A stretch of 24,340 bases of DNA, from contig JANKJI020000002.1 of NCBI GenBank assembly GCA_024626585.2, forward strand, positions 156,281,151 to 156,305,490, given 5' to 3'. Made by a program: the position numbers and the translations under genes. Position 1 is the stretch's first letter. Each line of letters starts with the position of its first letter. This document shows positions 22,101 to 24,340 of the stretch, in pieces. This stretch comes from Ginkgo biloba. Its lineage: Eukaryota > Plantae > Ginkgophyta. The notes beneath the pieces were generated by a model. The model saw only the letters and a list, made by a program, of their open reading frames with translations. It was not told the DNA's origin and did no database searches.

Positions 22101-22534
22101 CCTTTTTATACAGAAATCTCCTAGTGGATTATGGATGATTCTACAGTGGCTTGGAAATCCAACATTCCTAGGAGCAATTATTATTCTTCTACTTTTTTCC
22201 TTAATTATGATCAAGGCAAAGCTCGTGCAAACGCATCAATACTTGGAGCGTAGCAAAGGAGCTCGAATTGCAATTCCATGAATCCAATCCAAAAATGGAT
22301 TGGCATTACCCATTAAGAACGAAAATATATTGTAATTTATAAAATGGTAAATCCATTTAAATGGCTATATACTTCATATTCAACATTTTTAGGAAGTAAC
22401 ACCTCATAAATCTCCTCCTTGTTAATTATTTTTCTTTATTCTCTTGGGTCCAACATTCTTCCATAGTTATGGAAGCCTATGAGGGAGGCTATTAATATAT
22501 CATTAACCACTATTGTCTTCTCTCCAATATAGAG

Positions 22535-22580
22535 GTGACCAATCTCAAATAATCTTAGTGACCAATCTCAAATAATCTTA
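22535..22580. repeat. Perfect 23-bp tandem duplication
   Basis: GTGACCAATCTCAAATAATCTTA occurs twice in tandem. Confidence 0.97.
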
Positions 22581-23160
22581 GGATTTTTATTTATGCTAGA
22601 TGATCCATATAGATTATTGGAATTTCTATCATATCCACCAACCTAACTGACTAAGGTTATTTATAAGCCTCATTGTGCTTTCCATCAACTTGAGTAGTGA
22701 AGTTATTCCATTCACTAGGAAAAACAATCAAATCATCCTCAACCACTTCATGCATCCTTATAGTCTCCATGATCATAGATTCTTCAATAATAATCACCAC
22801 CTTCTCAATATTTTTAGCCTCTAATAATTCTAAATTATACTACTATATTATATAACTTGATATTACTATATGACTTCACTTAGCATGCATAAATGAGCTT
22901 TAACTCTATTAAAATATGCCATTATACCCTATCTGACACACTCATATAGCCACCTTAGCACCTCAAAGTGATAGTGATGTATAGGAAAGTCAAATATTAA
23001 TGGGAATTTCTGCCAAAATCTTAACATTGCCACATCAATGATTTGGATTATTTCTCCANNNNNNNNNNNNNNNNNNNNNNNNNNNNNNNNNNNNNNNNNN
23101 NNNNNNNNNNNNNNNNNNNNNNNNNNNNNNNNNNNNNNNNNNNNNNNNNNNNNNNNNNTT

Positions 23161-23670
23161 CTTGATAATTTATTGGAAGTAAGTGAGTGCGTGGATTGAG
23201 CAAGGGAGTCTATCCAACCCACCTTAGTTCTTAAGATTGACTTTGAGAAAGCCTATAACAAAATCCACTAGGATTTTATCCTTATGATGTTAAAAAATAC
23301 TAGTTTTGGGGAATTCTTCTAACACGGTGTTGAAACACTTTTTTCCATTACCTCAACTAGAGTGGTGGTGAATGATGCCTTATCGAAAATCATCCCTCTA
23401 CAATGGTCTATAAGATAAGGTTGTCCCTTGGCCCCTTTGTTGTATGCTATCTTAGCAAATTTATCAAGATATTTATTTGAAAGAGCTCAGCACTCTAATC
23501 TTTTAGAAGGCATCACCCTACCCTTCACTCTTAAACATATGTTATATAATCATTTTGTCAATGACACCAACACAATTGTGAGGGAAACCATGTAAGATAT
23601 AGATTATTTGTTAGACTTGATGCTTTTAATGTAGTGTAAGGGTATGTTATCTCCCTACATAAATCCCTTT
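23161..23670 (+). pseudogene. L1-clade LINE (non-LTR) reverse transcriptase pseudogene
   Basis: A single frame reads LDNLL..D*ARES.QPTLVLKIDFEKAYNKIH*DF..F G..VVVND..SIR*GCPLAPLLY..LEGITLP..HFVNDT (FADD decayed, 23554-23565), then LDAFNVV*GYVISLHKS after a frameshift. In-frame stops at 23197, 23269, 23320 and 23416. Confidence 0.93.
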
Positions 23671-24340
23671 ATTCTTTTTAAATCTCAAGATTACATGATA
23701 TATTACCCCTAAATGTTCTATTCATGAATCATCTACTCCAATGTGGTATGCGAAATAGTGTTATCCAAAGATGCCTAAATAGAAACCCTTGCAAGGTGCT
23801 TTCCATTCAACTTGCAATATGCAAAGGGAGAATGATGCATACCCCGGCGTAACTTGTGCACAAAGTTAGAAAGTAAAGTTCCCTTAAACAAAACAAATAT
23901 CCATGACTAAATAAATAAGTAATAAACCATGATGCTAACACAATATAACCCTTAGAAGGACATGTAAGATAAATGATCAAGATTAATTTAGCCATAGAAT
24001 TATTTACATAATGCTTCAATATATAAGAGAAAACCTTTATCCAAATAGATATCTAGAAAACCATCACAGGCTCATGAGTATGTTGGCTAGAAAACACATT
24101 CTAACATGCATTCTAGTGGGCATTCGAACTAAGTTGTTGCATGTAGCATAATTTTATTAAATTACAATGCAAATCTCACCTCACATCCTTAAATGTATAG
24201 TTGAGAGCATGAAGAGCTTTAAGCTTTTTGACACAAAATATTAGGATCAGTGTTTTGCCCATAGTATGGACTCCATACTAACAATTGATCAAATCCAAGT
24301 CTCTGTCTAAATACATTAACATCATTTGACAACTAGGTTA

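Noticed and set aside
22660-22840. Acidic open stretch on the minus strand (ELLEAKNIEKVVIIIEE..HEVVEDDLIVF)
   Set aside because: No recognisable motif and too short to assign; probably another TE fragment.
24262-24280. Palindrome TAGTATGGA-C-TCCATACTA
   Set aside because: 9-bp arms are plausible by chance in 24 kb of AT-rich DNA, and there is no supporting context.

Overview
AT-rich, CpG-depleted eukaryotic DNA, most likely land-plant heterochromatin from a draft assembly with 12 N-gaps. It is almost entirely nested, decayed transposable elements, and I find no intact host gene, RNA gene or CRISPR array. From left to right: (A) a + strand non-chromovirus Ty3/gypsy relic with putative LTR, tRNA-Asp-like PBS and a Gag with a long Asn/Gly-rich N-terminus (~3390-7255); (B) a - strand chromovirus-type Ty3/gypsy relic with LTR, gag and RT truncated mid-domain (~7260-9631); a probably complete non-autonomous Helitron on the - strand (9638-10436, second 5' end near 10530); (C) a second + strand non-chromovirus Ty3/gypsy with gag, two zinc knuckles, protease, an unexpected extra capsid-like segment and RT (~11570-16190); a CpG-retaining patch (16200-16840); two related ~19-bp-period minisatellites in inverted orientation (17600-17780, 20288-20465); a perfect 34-bp palindrome; and L1-type LINE fragments, with a clear RT at 23161-23670. 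The best leads are the second Gag-like domain inside pol, the prion-like Gag N-termini and the inverted arrays. All protein assignments come from manual translation and motif recognition, not database searches, and most ORFs in the supplied track are spurious or run through N-gaps.
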